A DNA stretch of 64,000 bases from Callorhinchus milii (lineage: Eukaryota). Below are positions 33,601 through 46,060 of the stretch, piece by piece. The position numbers and the translations under genes were made by a program. How positions within the stretch are numbered: the first letter of the stretch is position 1; each line of letters starts with the position of its first letter. The notes under the pieces were generated by a model. It was not told the DNA's origin, made no database searches, and saw only the letters and a program-made list of their open reading frames with translations. The stretch is from contig NW_024704742.1 of NCBI RefSeq assembly GCF_018977255.1, positions 116,066,001 through 116,130,000 on the forward strand, in the 5' to 3' direction.

Positions 33601-36600
33601 GTGTCTGAACAGCTCGGGACAGAGGCTGCTTTCCGGATCTCTTGATAGGTGGGAGACTTTTTCTTTTCATCAACTGAATTAGACTGGAGTCCAATACCAC
33701 AAGGTCTCATACGAAATTTGTTATTTTGGAAGTTTACTGCTGAAAGAAAATTATGCTAGGTCCAACCCTGTAAGTGTATATATTCTTAAAATCCTGTATA
33801 TGTACACTGGTTTTGTAGTTGGTATGAATTCCACTTATTATAATTTAAAATGTATTTTGTGAAACTAGTAATCCTTTAAGACCAGTGGTGTACAGCTTTT
33901 CCAACAAGTATTTCTGTTTATTTTATAATTGCTATGTAGTATTGCTATGTAGTATTGCTCTGCTCTGATCGCCTCATCATCCTGGGCGACTTCAACCTAC
34001 ACTTCACCCCCTCCTGCTCCACCTCCTCGGACTTCTCCTCCCTCCTCTCCTCACTCAACCTCTCCCTCCACATCAATTCCGCCATCCACGGCCACCCACT
34101 CGATTTGGTGATCACCCGGGGCCTCAGTGTCTCAGATGTCACCATTACCGATAAGGCCGTCTCCGATCACACTTCATCTCCTTCACCACCTCCACCCCCC
34201 TCCCTACCTCCACCAGACCCACCACCATCTTCTACCGTCTCTGGAAGAAGTTACCCCCACAATCCCTAACTGCTGCCTTGGAGTCCTCTGAAAACCCTCC
34301 CTTGATGCATCGCAGCTATCAAGCTACCGGCCCATCTCCAACCTCCCCTTCCTGTCCAAGGTTCTCGAAAGAGTCGTCGCCTCCCAGCTGCGCTCTTTCC
34401 TCTCCACCCACTCACTTTTATAACCCCTCTAGTCTGGTTTCCGTGCTGCCCATAGCACAGAAACCGTCCTGGTCAAGGTCACTAATGACATCTTGACCAG
34501 GGCTCCCTCTGCCTCCTCGTCCTCCTCGACCTATCGGCCGCATTCGATACGATCGACCACTCTATCCTCCTCCACCGCTTGTCCTCCCACCTCAACCTTC
34601 AAGACCCTGTCCTTGAGTGGTTTAGGTCGTACCTCTCCCACCATCTTCACTTTGTCTCTGCAAACGGCTTTTCCTCCATCCTGCGCACTGTCTCGTGCGG
34701 TGTCCCTCAGGGCTCTGTCCTCGGTCCCCTCCTCTTCACCCTCTATATGCTCCCCCTTGGTGACACCATCCGCAGACATGGGGTTAACTTCCACATGTAT
34801 GCGGATGACAACCAACTCTACCTTTCCTCTTCTACCCTCAACTCCACGACCACCGATGTCCTGACAGCTGCCTGTCCGACATCGAGTCCTGGACGAGAGA
34901 CAACTTTCTTCAGCTCAACGTGCGAAAAACCGAGGCCCTCCTGATTGGCTCACGTCAGCGCCTCCGCACCTCAGGCGCTGACACCATCAGCATCCAAGGC
35001 TGCACTCTCCACCTCTCAAAGCCAATCAGGAACCTCGGGGTTCTGTTCGACCCTGAGCTGTCCTTTCTTCCTCATATCCGCGCCACAACTGGCACCGCCT
35101 TCCATCACCTCCGGAATATCGCCAGACTACGGCACTACCTCACCCCTCACGCTGCTGAAACTCTGGTCCACGCCTTTATCACCTCAAGGCTGGACTATGG
35201 GAACTCTCTCCTCGTCGGCCTTCCCGGCACCTCCCTCCACAAGCTGCAGGTCATTCAGAACTCTGCAGCTCGTGTACTGTCCCGCACCAGGCTTCGCGAC
35301 CACATCACTCCCACCCTCGCTCGCCTCCACTGGCTCCCCATCCCCCAGAGGATCGAATTCAAGATCCTCATCCTCACCTACAAGGCTATTCATGGCCTTG
35401 CTCCCTCCTACCTCTCCGACCTACTATCCCCCCACGTACCCGCCCGTACCCTCCGTTCCTCTGGCTGCTCCACATCCCCCGCCCCAACCGCCCTACCATC
35501 GGTGGTCGGGCTTTCAGCCTCTCAGCCCCGAGGCTCTGGAACTCCATCCCCCAGTGCCTTCACCTTGCTTCCTCCCTTTCCTCCTTCAAGGCCGGTCTCA
35601 AGACCTTTCTCTTTGACCGTGCCTTCAGCTACCCTCTCGTCTCTCTACCCCCTCCTTGCTCCCTCCCTTCCCCTCACCCTGACCATTTCCCCCCTGCTCG
35701 AGTGCCGACCCAACTGTCCAGCACCTTGGGACGTCCTCCCGACGTGAAAGGCACTCTATAAATGCAATCTTGTTGTTGTTGTATTTAACTTGTGTACTAA
35801 ATAAACTCTTAATTTATAGACATGTCAAAATCTACAGTACCTCCACATACAAAGTAGTTCATAGCTTGGATTACACAGCCGCCATTCTAAGTCTTGCTTT
35901 AGCGGTAAGTGTGTTTTTGATATGGGTGGTTATGATGTTCAAAGGGATATTCAATGAACATAACTCAGATCTTTATATTGTGTTTGTATGTTTCTGAATG
36001 CTTATGCCTCTGTATCACTCTTGATATGAACCTGAACTTGTTTGATCCCAATATAGTAGAATATTCCCCAGTTTGCTATGGGAATGAAATTGGAAAAGGG
36101 AGGTGCGTAAATCACAAATACCATCAGATATGAATTAACATATCGTAGATGATTACACATATTTACATATAGTTATTTACAGTAATGGATTGATGCATGT
36201 TAAATGGTAACCAATTCCTTTTCAATATAGTTTTTATTTTGAATGCAATAATTTTCTGAGGCAGTAACAAAGTAATAAGTATAACTTGTTTGATACTAAG
36301 ACCTCTCAAGATTTGCATAGTATCTAAAACGTTTTATATTCACTTTGAAATTACTTGAAGTAAATGGAGTTTGTTTATTCTGCAATTTTAAAAGTCAGTC
36401 AAAGAAGTTACATTGTTTTATTTTAGTGTAGAAACACGATTGCTTTCCTCCCACTGAATGTGGAACAGGTCAGTGTCCCAATGGTGCAGTGTATAATTAG
36501 TAAAACCTTATTTGAAGGGTAATAGGATGTGGATTCCTTGTCAGTGTTTCTCTACAAAGTTTTTCTAGCCTTGGCTTAGTAGCTGAATTTGAGAATAGTC

Positions 36601-39600
36601 AATAGAGGAAATTAAAGTACAGGTAATTCTGCTTTTTTGAGGGCCTTGTAGTTAAAGCCAGAGGTTTAGGAACAGGTAGCCTGACTCTTTTTTTGGATGA
36701 ATGCAAGGGCCAAATATGTTATAACTAGTATCAAAACTGGGATGTGATAAGATTGGATACACCTTTTGGGCTATAAGAAAAATCTTTATACTGCATTGAT
36801 TTATTTTTAAATGTCACTTTGTTTTAGCCTGAAGATGAGGCAATCGTTGTAGGAATGACAAACAGTGTCCTCAGTGTTCGGCATCGGAAACAGAATGAAA
36901 AGAAACCCAAAGCCACAATTAAGAGGAAAGGTCCATCCTACAGATATTTCATAAAAGGAAAAGATTACATGCCAAAGAAGGTGAGCAATTTAATGTGCAA
37001 ATTCAGTAAGGGGCTGAAATGTTTTACATTATGAGGATACAATATTAAAGTCCTAAACTGGCCTGTCTTAGATGTTGTGCTGTGTATATTTCCTGTCATT
37101 TACTACAAGGTGATATGGTCCTTTTTATTCTACGTGAAATTCACTTGTTTATTGAAATTTACCATTATGTTAAGTGAACTTTCTCTCCTGTTAAAATAAA
37201 AAAAATTGTCTGCCTTCTGATTACCCCTCGTCCTCTCGTCTCCCATCATCGGTGACCATGCCTTCAGCCACTACATCCCGAAACTCTGGAACTCTCTCTC
37301 ATTTCCTCTGCCTACCCTCCCTACCCACTTTCAACTTCCACCTAAAGACCTTCCTTTTTAATTGTGCTTACGGTCACCTTCCCTCTCCCCCTGGCTTGGC
37401 GTCAGACTCCACTGCTATCAAGTATTCCGGGACGCTGCCCCATGTGAAGGGTGCTATATGAATGCAACTTATTGTCAGTTGTGAATTTTAGATTTCTCAA
37501 TGCACTACAACTGAAAGCTTGCAGCTAACTACATTGTCAAAAGGAAAACAGTCTCCTTTAATATTTTTATTCACCATTGCATATTCCTATATACTGTGAG
37601 CAAGCTGCATTGTCCCTTTCCACTACCATTTTCTGTTCTTCCACCTTACCAGTTCCTTTCCAGTCTTACTCTCTGTTACTCTTCTTCATCCCCGTGCTTA
37701 ACCACTTTCAAATATAAATAATCTCTTTCAGCTTTCCCAATTTCTCAATATTCTGTATAGCATAGAAATTTATAACATAGCACTGGCACCATAGCAAGTT
37801 GTTTATTCAATCCCACTGACCTTCCTTATCTTTATATCCCCTTCAAGCCTCTAGCTTTCATGTACTTGTCCACTTTTGTCTTAAAGCCCACAATGGATCC
37901 AGCCTCTTCCACCTTACTTCAATAGGGCTTTCCATAACTTTACAACTCTGTGAAAAATTCTAAGCTCTACATTCATTCTTGTGATCATCTTGTATCAATC
38001 TATTTCCTTGAATCACTGATTCTGCAACCAGTAGAAATAGCTTCCCCCTATTTACCATCAGAATTTTATACACCTCTATCAAGTACCCTCTCCACCTTCT
38101 CTGCTCCAATGAAAACAGACTCAACTTCTCCAATTTCCTCATATCTACAGCTCGTCATTCCTATGTAGCAATCCATCTTGTAAAATCACTGGATGCTACA
38201 GTTTGGGGTTTTATGTAGTCTCTTAAACTCTCATCTCTGCCATTTAGTACTGCAGTCAATTTTGAGTGAGCAAATGGTTTGCAAATGCTAGTTTTCTTCA
38301 AACGTAAATAATTTAAAATATATTCTGTAAAAAAAAATTCTATTTTTATAAGTATTATTTTAAGAATCTACATTTCTGACAGTACTGAGACTATTTTCAT
38401 GTCATTTCTTTTCCTAGGATGACTTGTTGGTCAGTAGGCCAATGAAGTTACGCCTGAAGAAATATGACGAGCTGCTGAAAAGTTTCCAAGTGTCCCGTGC
38501 ACTGGATGCCGTGCTGGAGGTAAGGAGCTCTACTCTATTCAATAGGATGAGTAATCGATGAGAAAAATTTCCTTGTGCAGTTCACTAGGTTAAATGGTAT
38601 TGAAATTCACTTTGAAATAGAAAGGTTCTTCGACTTCAGTGGAAATTGCTTATTTGGAGTAGATTTATTGTGGAAAAAGTAAACTAGCCTTTAATTTGAA
38701 ACCTTGCAAAAACTTTGAGGGTATTCCACATTTTTCTTTTTTTCCCCCTTTTTGTTCTCGCTGAGCCATACAGCTGCTGCACCCATGTGGGCAGATATAT
38801 GACCAGCTCCCAGGCCTGGGATTTTTGAGCTGATAATTGGCAAGTGCAAAAGTGACTTAAGGAATGTTGTTACTTTCTTCCTAGCCACTCCTTTTAACTC
38901 AGTGCCTCGGTTAATTTCATTTGCTCCCTCCAGTAGGACATAATACAGAATGTACCCCACCATTTTGTGGCTTTGTATGTCAAAGACATGTCTTATCATG
39001 TGATTTGAAAACTTTGAAAGTATTCACAGCATGTAGAAGCTCACTTCATAATTTTCCACTTATACAGAAGGTACTGCTTCCCCTACAGAATTATCAGCAT
39101 TTGATACATCTATTAGATTTGTGGAATTATTCACTTTTAAGGAGTTTGAATAGGTAACAATGGATTAATTTCTGTATTTCTACATGTGATTTGTTCAGTT
39201 ATGTTGTATGTGATATTAAAAAATGGCTTTTGGTATTTGAAACATAGAATCTTATCCATTTGAATGGCAGCAAAGGAGACACTAGACCTGCATTAGTCAA
39301 GCATTAAAAATATCTGTTATGATCTTCCCTTTCTTTATGTATTCCCGTATTAGGAAATATTTTTTCCTTTCCTCATGATTTTGGAGATAAGATAGATCAG
39401 ACTTGGGATCAAGGTGTGCAAAACTCACGCACCATCGCTGCTTTTTACCAAATCTAGAACTCTGCTTCAATTCCTCTGCCTTGCTCCCTCCTTACCTGGC
39501 TTTAGATTTCATCTGAAGACCTTCCTTTTTGACTGAATGTACTGTCACCTTCCCCCTCTCCTTGGCTCAGTGTCAAACTCCACCACTGATAAGCCCTCCG

Positions 39601-42600
39601 AGACCCTACCCTGTGCTTCAATTAAAGGCGTGGTTTAAAAACAATCATGAAGGCCACCGTTAATTACCACTATTAGATGGTGTATTAGTGTAAGGGCGTA
39701 AAACATTCTTGAGTCATTTACATGAGAAAGTATTCTTTAAATTGTTATTTCAGTAGAGTTGCCAAGAATGTCCAATGATCAGTTTTATCTCAGTAAACTA
39801 CTTCAGTCAAATCATTCAGACAACAATTTTATTTAAACATAGTGATTTTTACAATTTGGCAGGCAAAGTTTTGGTTTTTAAAAATGTTCCTAATTTAGTA
39901 ATGATTAAAGGAAACTATTAAGCCACAATTACTGGTTGCATTCCATTGGTGCTTGGTTGGCATCTCCCACTGTTTTCTAACTAAATCTTACTGTCTTGCA
40001 GACAAATATCCGGGTGAAGACACCAGAAATCACTGTAGGGATTATGCAAGAACTTAACCGTAGAGGGACACTTGCAAATGCCCTGGCAGGACGAAATGAA
40101 CAACAACTGAGTCTCCTCCTTAGCTTCCTTATCAGGTAATAAGATTTTGCCTCTGAATGTGATATTGCTAACTTTTTGGTATAATTTTTACTCTGCTGGA
40201 TTTGGGTTTGGGCCCAGTGATGTAAGCTTCAAACCATTGGGTAACACCAGTAGTAATTGTTATTTTAAAAAAAAATCTTCATGGCCTTCTGTTTGTTTTC
40301 TCGACTGCGTATATGGTGGCAGATGACCTAAGGGCTGGCAGATACTCAAGAACAGTCAAACTAAAGATAAGCATAGACATGATTGGCTGAATGGCTTCCT
40401 TCTGTCTTGAAACTTGCTTTCTATGACTTGTGCTCTGATTTTCCTCTCTCTAGGGCACAAAATCTAAGATACACATTTAAGCTAATCGGTGAAGTTACCA
40501 ACTTTGGCTGTGTTGGCCTATAATGGGATTTCTTTACCATAGGTATGCTAGCAAGGTCTAACTTTACCAAGCAGCTAAATGTGTCTATTTACCCCCATTT
40601 CCCCTCCCCTTCCCTGTTGATAATGTGGCAAATGTTGGGATCACCAGTTCAAGCCTATTTCTTGCGACCAAATAGCCGTAAATTGGAAGCCGAAAACACT
40701 GCATCAACAAAGGTCACATGCAGCAGTGTTTCAAAAAATATTATTGAATGAACATTATGCTGTGGGCACTAAAGTGAAAGGCAAAAAGGTTAATCAATCT
40801 TCTTGCTTTAGTATTGTTACTTGTTGCTTTAAGAGTGAAATATTGTTAACACTTTATCCTGTTTCATTTCTGACTTATTTGGTGAGTGAATTGCAGCTGA
40901 TCTTCAACATTGTTTTGCATAAGTTTCTAACCATGTTGCTGAGCACAGGATTATAATTTTTTAATGAATTGGGATGTTAACCGTAAGATTTTTTTTCCCC
41001 CCTTCCAGGCATATTGTTGATCCACGATTTACACCTATTTTAATAAATGTTGCAGAGATTATTATTGGTAAGTTCTATTTTCATCCCCCATTTGTTATCT
41101 CTGGGATGCTACCCCGCGTGAAGGGTGCTATATAAATGCAAGTTATTGTTGTCTTGATTTGGCTTGACTAATTTATTATAATAATAATAATAATCATTTC
41201 ACAGTTTTAGGTGTTTGGAAGGGACTTGTTTCAAGTGGTCTTGTGGTGACTAGAATGTGTTCAAAAATAGTCTGGAATGAGCTGTAAAGAATTGCTTGTC
41301 CTCTGTTCATCGTGTGTCAGCTTGGCTCACTGGTAGCACTCTCGCCTCTGAGTCAGAAGATTGTGGGTTCACATCCCACGTGGAGACATGAGCTCACCTA
41401 GTCTAAGCTTACGCTCCAATGCTGCGCTGGAGGGGTGTTTCTTTGTTGGAGGTGCCATCCTTTAAATTAGATGTTATACAGAGTCCCGTCTTTCTGTCGA
41501 GGTGGACGTTAAAGATCTCGTGGCACCATTCGAAAAGAGAATGGAGTTTCATCTGGTGTCCTGGCCAATAATCCCCCAAACAAATTTGGTTCTTTGTTTC
41601 ATGGCTGTTTGTAGGACAGTGCTGTAAGCAATTGTGCTACTGAGTTTGCTTACAAATACATAGTCACTCCATTTCACAGTAATTCCTGTCAAGCACTTTG
41701 AAACATCCTTCCAACGTGATAAGGTGCTACACCAAATGCAAGGATGATTATTAATAATAATAATAATATTAATGCCCCCATGGCCAAAATAGGAATTTGC
41801 TTTCTGGCTGAGCCTCAGCCAACCTTGGCACGTTTTAAAGAAATATAACTTATTAGATATTTAATTAAAATTATTGATGACTTGAATCCAGTGGAATCAT
41901 GTGCATTTTCCCCATATTGCCCAATTTTTAACTGTAGTTTAAAACTCTTTGCCCAAGCCCATGTTTCCTTTACTGCATCAGGCTAATGTTAACATATACA
42001 CAACATATCGTTGAGTAAACAAGCTCTCTATCTTGTCCTCTCCCACACCCCTTTTCACCTTTTTTTTTTTCTCCTCCACCCTTAAATGTTGAAATGAATG
42101 CAGAATTTGTTAGTTCATGTTGTAGATATTTTTTCTTTTGTACTTAACATTGGAGATGTTCATTCTGGGACGGAACACTTAGTACTCGATGTTAACAGTT
42201 CGTGCTATCAGGTCTGCTTAAATATGGTCAGAGGTAGAGTCGGAATCCCTCTATTATGACCCAAGGATATACTTTGACCCCAATCTTGAGCACTCTCTAC
42301 CACTCTAGTATAAGTTATAATACTTGCCATAGTTACCATAATTGTGGTCAGTCAATTCATAAAAAACTATGATCTGTTTTGTGTTGCTACTGTTTCATTT
42401 AATTTCTTAAATCCCGTCCAGCTGTCAGTAAGTATTCATAGGTATAGCTAGATTTGAACCCAAACGCTGGCGATTAATGAGCATGATCATTTTTCTTTAC
42501 GAACTTCAAAGATTCTGACTCCATTCAAATATAAATCATTTATAGTTTTTATGATTGTTTTTAACAAAGTGTTGGGATATGAATTTGCTGCAGAATGGCG

Positions 42601-43045
42601 GCCTGGAGGCCAGGTGTTTAATGTGGGGTGTTGAGCTTGTTGCCACCGGCCACTCTTAGTTGCTGACTCTGTGCAATATTGCTAGGGATCTGGGAGCAGT
42701 TTGGCTGCAATTGGTATGTGGGAGGCCAGTAATTTATAATTATGATATTTCTAGGTAATTGTATCCTATAAATTGCTTTAACGCATTCATGCAATTTTTT
42801 CTCTCGTTTTAGATATTTATAGATCTGTGGTTGGCGAGTCATCGGTAGTTGACAATCAATTTCTGAGGCTGCAGGACTTAATAGGGAGAGAAATTGACTA
42901 TCAGGAAGAACTACTTGAGGTTCTCGGAATGATGGATACACTCTTTGCTACTATAACAGCCAAAAAGGAAGCTGTTGTCCTTGGAAATCAGAACTGTGCC
43001 ATTGCTATTGGAAATAAGATGGAAGAGTCGATGGTAGTCGCCTAA
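27699..43045 (+). CDS. UTP15: U3 snoRNA-associated protein 15 homolog (SSU processome t-UTP; WD40 repeats plus UTP15 C-terminal domain), 524 aa, 12 coding exons
   Basis: Exons 27699-27788, 28499-28591, 29406-29590, 29770-29948, 31848-31973, 33513-33648, 35820-35904, 36828-36980, 38418-38519, 40002-40135, 41009-41067, 42813-43045. All GT-AG, 1575 nt ending in TAA. Peptides: [10 protein letters not shown]...[138 protein letters not shown]. Confidence 0.97.
27819..28125. repeat. G-rich minisatellite (GGGGGCGAGCGAGGGTGGT..., 22-27-bp variable unit) at the start of UTP15 intron 2
   Basis: CGAGGGTGGT recurs at 27819, 27841, 27868, ~27894 and onward. Confidence 0.9.
30060..31720 (+). mobile_element. 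Highly decayed older CR1, interrupted by 30185-30870
   Basis: [14 protein letters not shown] before the insertion. AAATTTGCAGATACACCAAGTTGGGG (KFADxTKLG-like) and CTGATCAGACCACAATTGGA (LIRPQL) after it. Confidence 0.6.
30185..30870 (-). mobile_element. CR1 3' fragment, same subfamily as 17948-19992, nested in an older CR1
   Basis: [25 protein letters not shown]...TRGHRLK, with CATAGAATCATA terminus at 30185. Confidence 0.9.
32571..32904 (-). mobile_element. Full-length copy of the same SINE (reverse)
   Basis: Reverse complement of 24482-24803, with (AAT)n at 32571-32596. Confidence 0.9.
33955..35781 (+). mobile_element. Young L2-clade LINE (APE fragment, internal deletion, RT and 3' tail) in UTP15 intron 7
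   Basis: APE motifs [24 protein letters not shown] motifs [70 protein letters not shown]. Tail GGGACGTCCTCCCGACGTGAAAGGCACTCTATAAATGCAATC(TTG)n. Confidence 0.95.
41313..41765 (+). mobile_element. Older Deu-type SINE with a different tRNA-like head and longer Deu domain
   Basis: Head GCTTGGCTCACTGGTAGCACTCTCGCCTCTGAGTCAGAAGATTGTGGGTTC. Deu-like GGTGGACGTTAAAGATCTCGTGGCACCATTCGAAAAGAG...GTGTCCTGGCCAATA. Same (ATT)n tail. Confidence 0.75.
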
Positions 43046-43150
43046 AACTGCAATTTGCCACTGGTATAAGACTGGATTAGGTAAACTGGGACAAGCATTT
43101 TTCCTGATGTAACAGATTATTGAATAACCACCAATGATTTGAAGATAGAG

Positions 43151-43156
43151 AATAAA
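43151..43156 (+). terminator. Candidate proximal polyadenylation signal of UTP15
   Basis: AATAAA 105 nt after the stop codon. More distal AATAAA hexamers exist (e.g. near 44980). Confidence 0.45.
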
Positions 43157-45699
43157 ATGTTTATGGAGCATTTGCCCATATTGTACACATGCTGTTGTGC
43201 TATAGCCAAATGAAAAATTATTTTATTGCATCTTCTCTGAGTATAGCACAATATCATGGAAGCAATACAGAGAAGGTGCAACATGTATCAGAGTCCAATA
43301 TGGCTGACTCCCATATTCCCATGATGTTGAATATGGTTAGGGGAATAGCTGCTATTTTTAGCACCGGAGCTTCATTAGCAGCAAGATTTCGCAAGTAAGA
43401 ATTGTGACTGAATTCTGGAACAGGATGAAAAAAGTTAAATTAGTATCAAGTAAGGCAAATGTAAGGGGTATTAGCTGAATTGTCAGCTTCAGAGCCTCGT
43501 GGACTAACTATTATCTGGTGCTTGTATTTCATACCAACCTGACCTTTACCTTCTAGAGTGTACTTTATGCATTGTACTCGTTGCAAGGAATTGAAAATTT
43601 AAGCAAAAATGTACTTATCCCTCAAATCAATTTTAGATTTCATTTCTGTCGACTATTTTTTGTCTTAGAATAAATGTTTTCTAGTATCTGTGACCAATTC
43701 AAGTAACTTTTGAAAACTCTTTTGATGTCTTCATAGCATATCAATTGCACAGTTGTACACAGAAGTGTTTTGGGCTCGTTCCTTGTTCTGTGCTGAATTA
43801 GCTGATTTCGTCCGGAGCAGTTGTGGCGATGCTGCACTAAACCTTCATTATGGAGGGGAAAATGTTGGCCACAACATTCTTCCTTGATTGTATTTGCAAA
43901 TCTCAATGGGATCTGTATAACTATGGATGCCAAGTTAAAATCTTGGCATTCATAGTTGGGCCCTTCCCCTCCCCAATACTGCTCAAGTTTCTGTCCAGGA
44001 TCACACATTTTCAGGAGAGGAAAAAGTAATGTTCACAATTTTTTTTCAATGTGACTCAATTGTATATCAAATCTACTTTTATATGGTGGAATCTAGAGAA
44101 GGTTAATCTTAAATAAATGTTATCCTATTGTTTTGGCTAAAATGTATAAACATTTTACAGGACTTTGTATCTTTGTTTCCCTTATTCATGCAGGATATTG
44201 CAGTAGACATGTTGGTTATTGAAGGATACTTTGCCACTGATTAGATAAAATTACTGTGGGAATAGATTTCTAATTTTTTGATATCAGGCCTGTAAAACTG
44301 TACTCATTGAAGTATTAGGAAAGTAAAACAGTTTCATGGTAATAGAACTTACTAAGCAAGTCATGTCCTTGCACCCAGTCATTTACTTCAGTTCCTGAAA
44401 GATCTGTTGTGTTATCAGTATTTCTGGAATCTCTTGTGTTGTGAGTTTAAATGTTCCAAATTGCAGCAAAGGGAAATGTACAGCTGATCTGGGTAGCACT
44501 ACTAATGGAGTTCATTCTGTTCCACAGCAATGTGTGAACTGTTCTTGCTTTGAGTTGCATCTAAACTCTGATGCAAAGAAATAGCTGTGTTGCACAAAGT
44601 TTCTCTGCTCAGTTGGATGTTGAGAGAGCTGTGTACAATATCTAGTTGATCAGCTCTTTTCCGCACTCCTGCTATGTTTCTCCATAAAGCAATAGAAACT
44701 GGTTAAAACCCAATGATTGTTGATGACAGCTCACATCATTCATGAATATCCTGCACAGTTCTCAGTAGCTAAGGCCCAGAGAAGCAGATAACTGCTGTCC
44801 TCTCAATGAGGCAGGTGATGGTGTAAAATAAAAACACATGGCTCCCAGATAGAAACTACTTTTTAAAACTAAAGGGTCTGTATATAGTAATCATCAAACA
44901 TTGTGGTACAGATTAATATCCCAACAGTGTAATTCAGTCAGATGTTCAATGGACTGCTTTCTTAAAATATTTATTTTTGAATAAAACATGGCATGGGCTA
45001 CTGGCTCAAGATTTCAGTTATTAGAATCATATGTTTTAATTTGTTTTAATATAAGGTATAGATGTATTGGTTCGATTCTTGAACCTCTGAATAGTTTCTG
45101 TATTGCTTTAAAATGGAGTAGCTTTCTCTTTCCACCCCCCCACCCACCCCCCCCCACCACCAACTCTCCAATGTGTGGCCACAGAAGACCTGATAGAGAA
45201 ATAACTTAGGGTTACGTGTGTGCACGTAGCTCCTTCCAGTAATGTTCAAAATCTACTCGTAGCAGAACATAAAATTCCTTGCGACTAAATTCCTGAAATT
45301 CTAACATTTCTTCAATAACTACAAATTACAAATAAGTCCTTTAAAAGAAACTTAACCATATTTTTGGGTAGCTGTTGAATTGATCTTCCCCAGGAGGTTT
45401 CACATTGTAGTGATTCTTCGTTAATAATAGTGATGGTAATGGAAGATGGTGCCCATGATGATTTTTCATCATGAGTTGACCTGGCTTATGTCCTCATTTT
45501 TCACTCCCTCCTCCACTGTCAGTGTTTATTTTGGGTTGTGTTAAAGAAGATATTTAATGTGCACCATTTTATATTTTAAAAAATCTTCTTTTGTTTCCCA
45601 AGCCTTATGATTTTCACTTGTAACTTTTTGCAAGGGACCTGAAGGTTTGGTCCAAACAGTACAAAATTTGCAGGGGTCAGGAGGCTCAGATAATATTAT

Positions 45700-46060
45700 C
45701 TAGACTCTGAGTCAGAAGGTTGTGGTTTTTAGGTTGTAGTCTAGGTTGATACTCCATTACAATGCTGGAATGTAAGAGGTGCCATCCTTCAAATGAGACT
45801 TTAAAACCAAAGTTCTACCTTCTATTCAGATGAATGTTAAAGATCCCATGGCACTATTCGAAAAGAGCATTACCAATAATCCACGGATTAATGAAAAAAA
45901 AGATCATTCCCTTCCTGGTTGTTTGTGAGACATTGCTGTGCTCTAATTGGCTGCTGCATTTGCTTACAGATACACCATCATCCCACTTTTCAGAAAGTTG
46001 AAGCAGTTTGAGATGTTTCAACATGATGATGTGTTATACCAAATGCAAGGATTATTATTA
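45700..46060 (+). mobile_element. Older Deu-type SINE copy
   Basis: CTCTGAGTCAGAAGGTTGTGG...AAAGATCCCATGGCACTATTCGAAAAGAG...AAATGCAAGGATTATTATT. Confidence 0.7.

Noticed and set aside
27789..42812. Intronic box C/D snoRNAs in UTP15
   Set aside because: The TGATGA hits I inspected (~27018, ~41875) lack a suitably placed CTGA box and terminal stem. Not supportable by eye.
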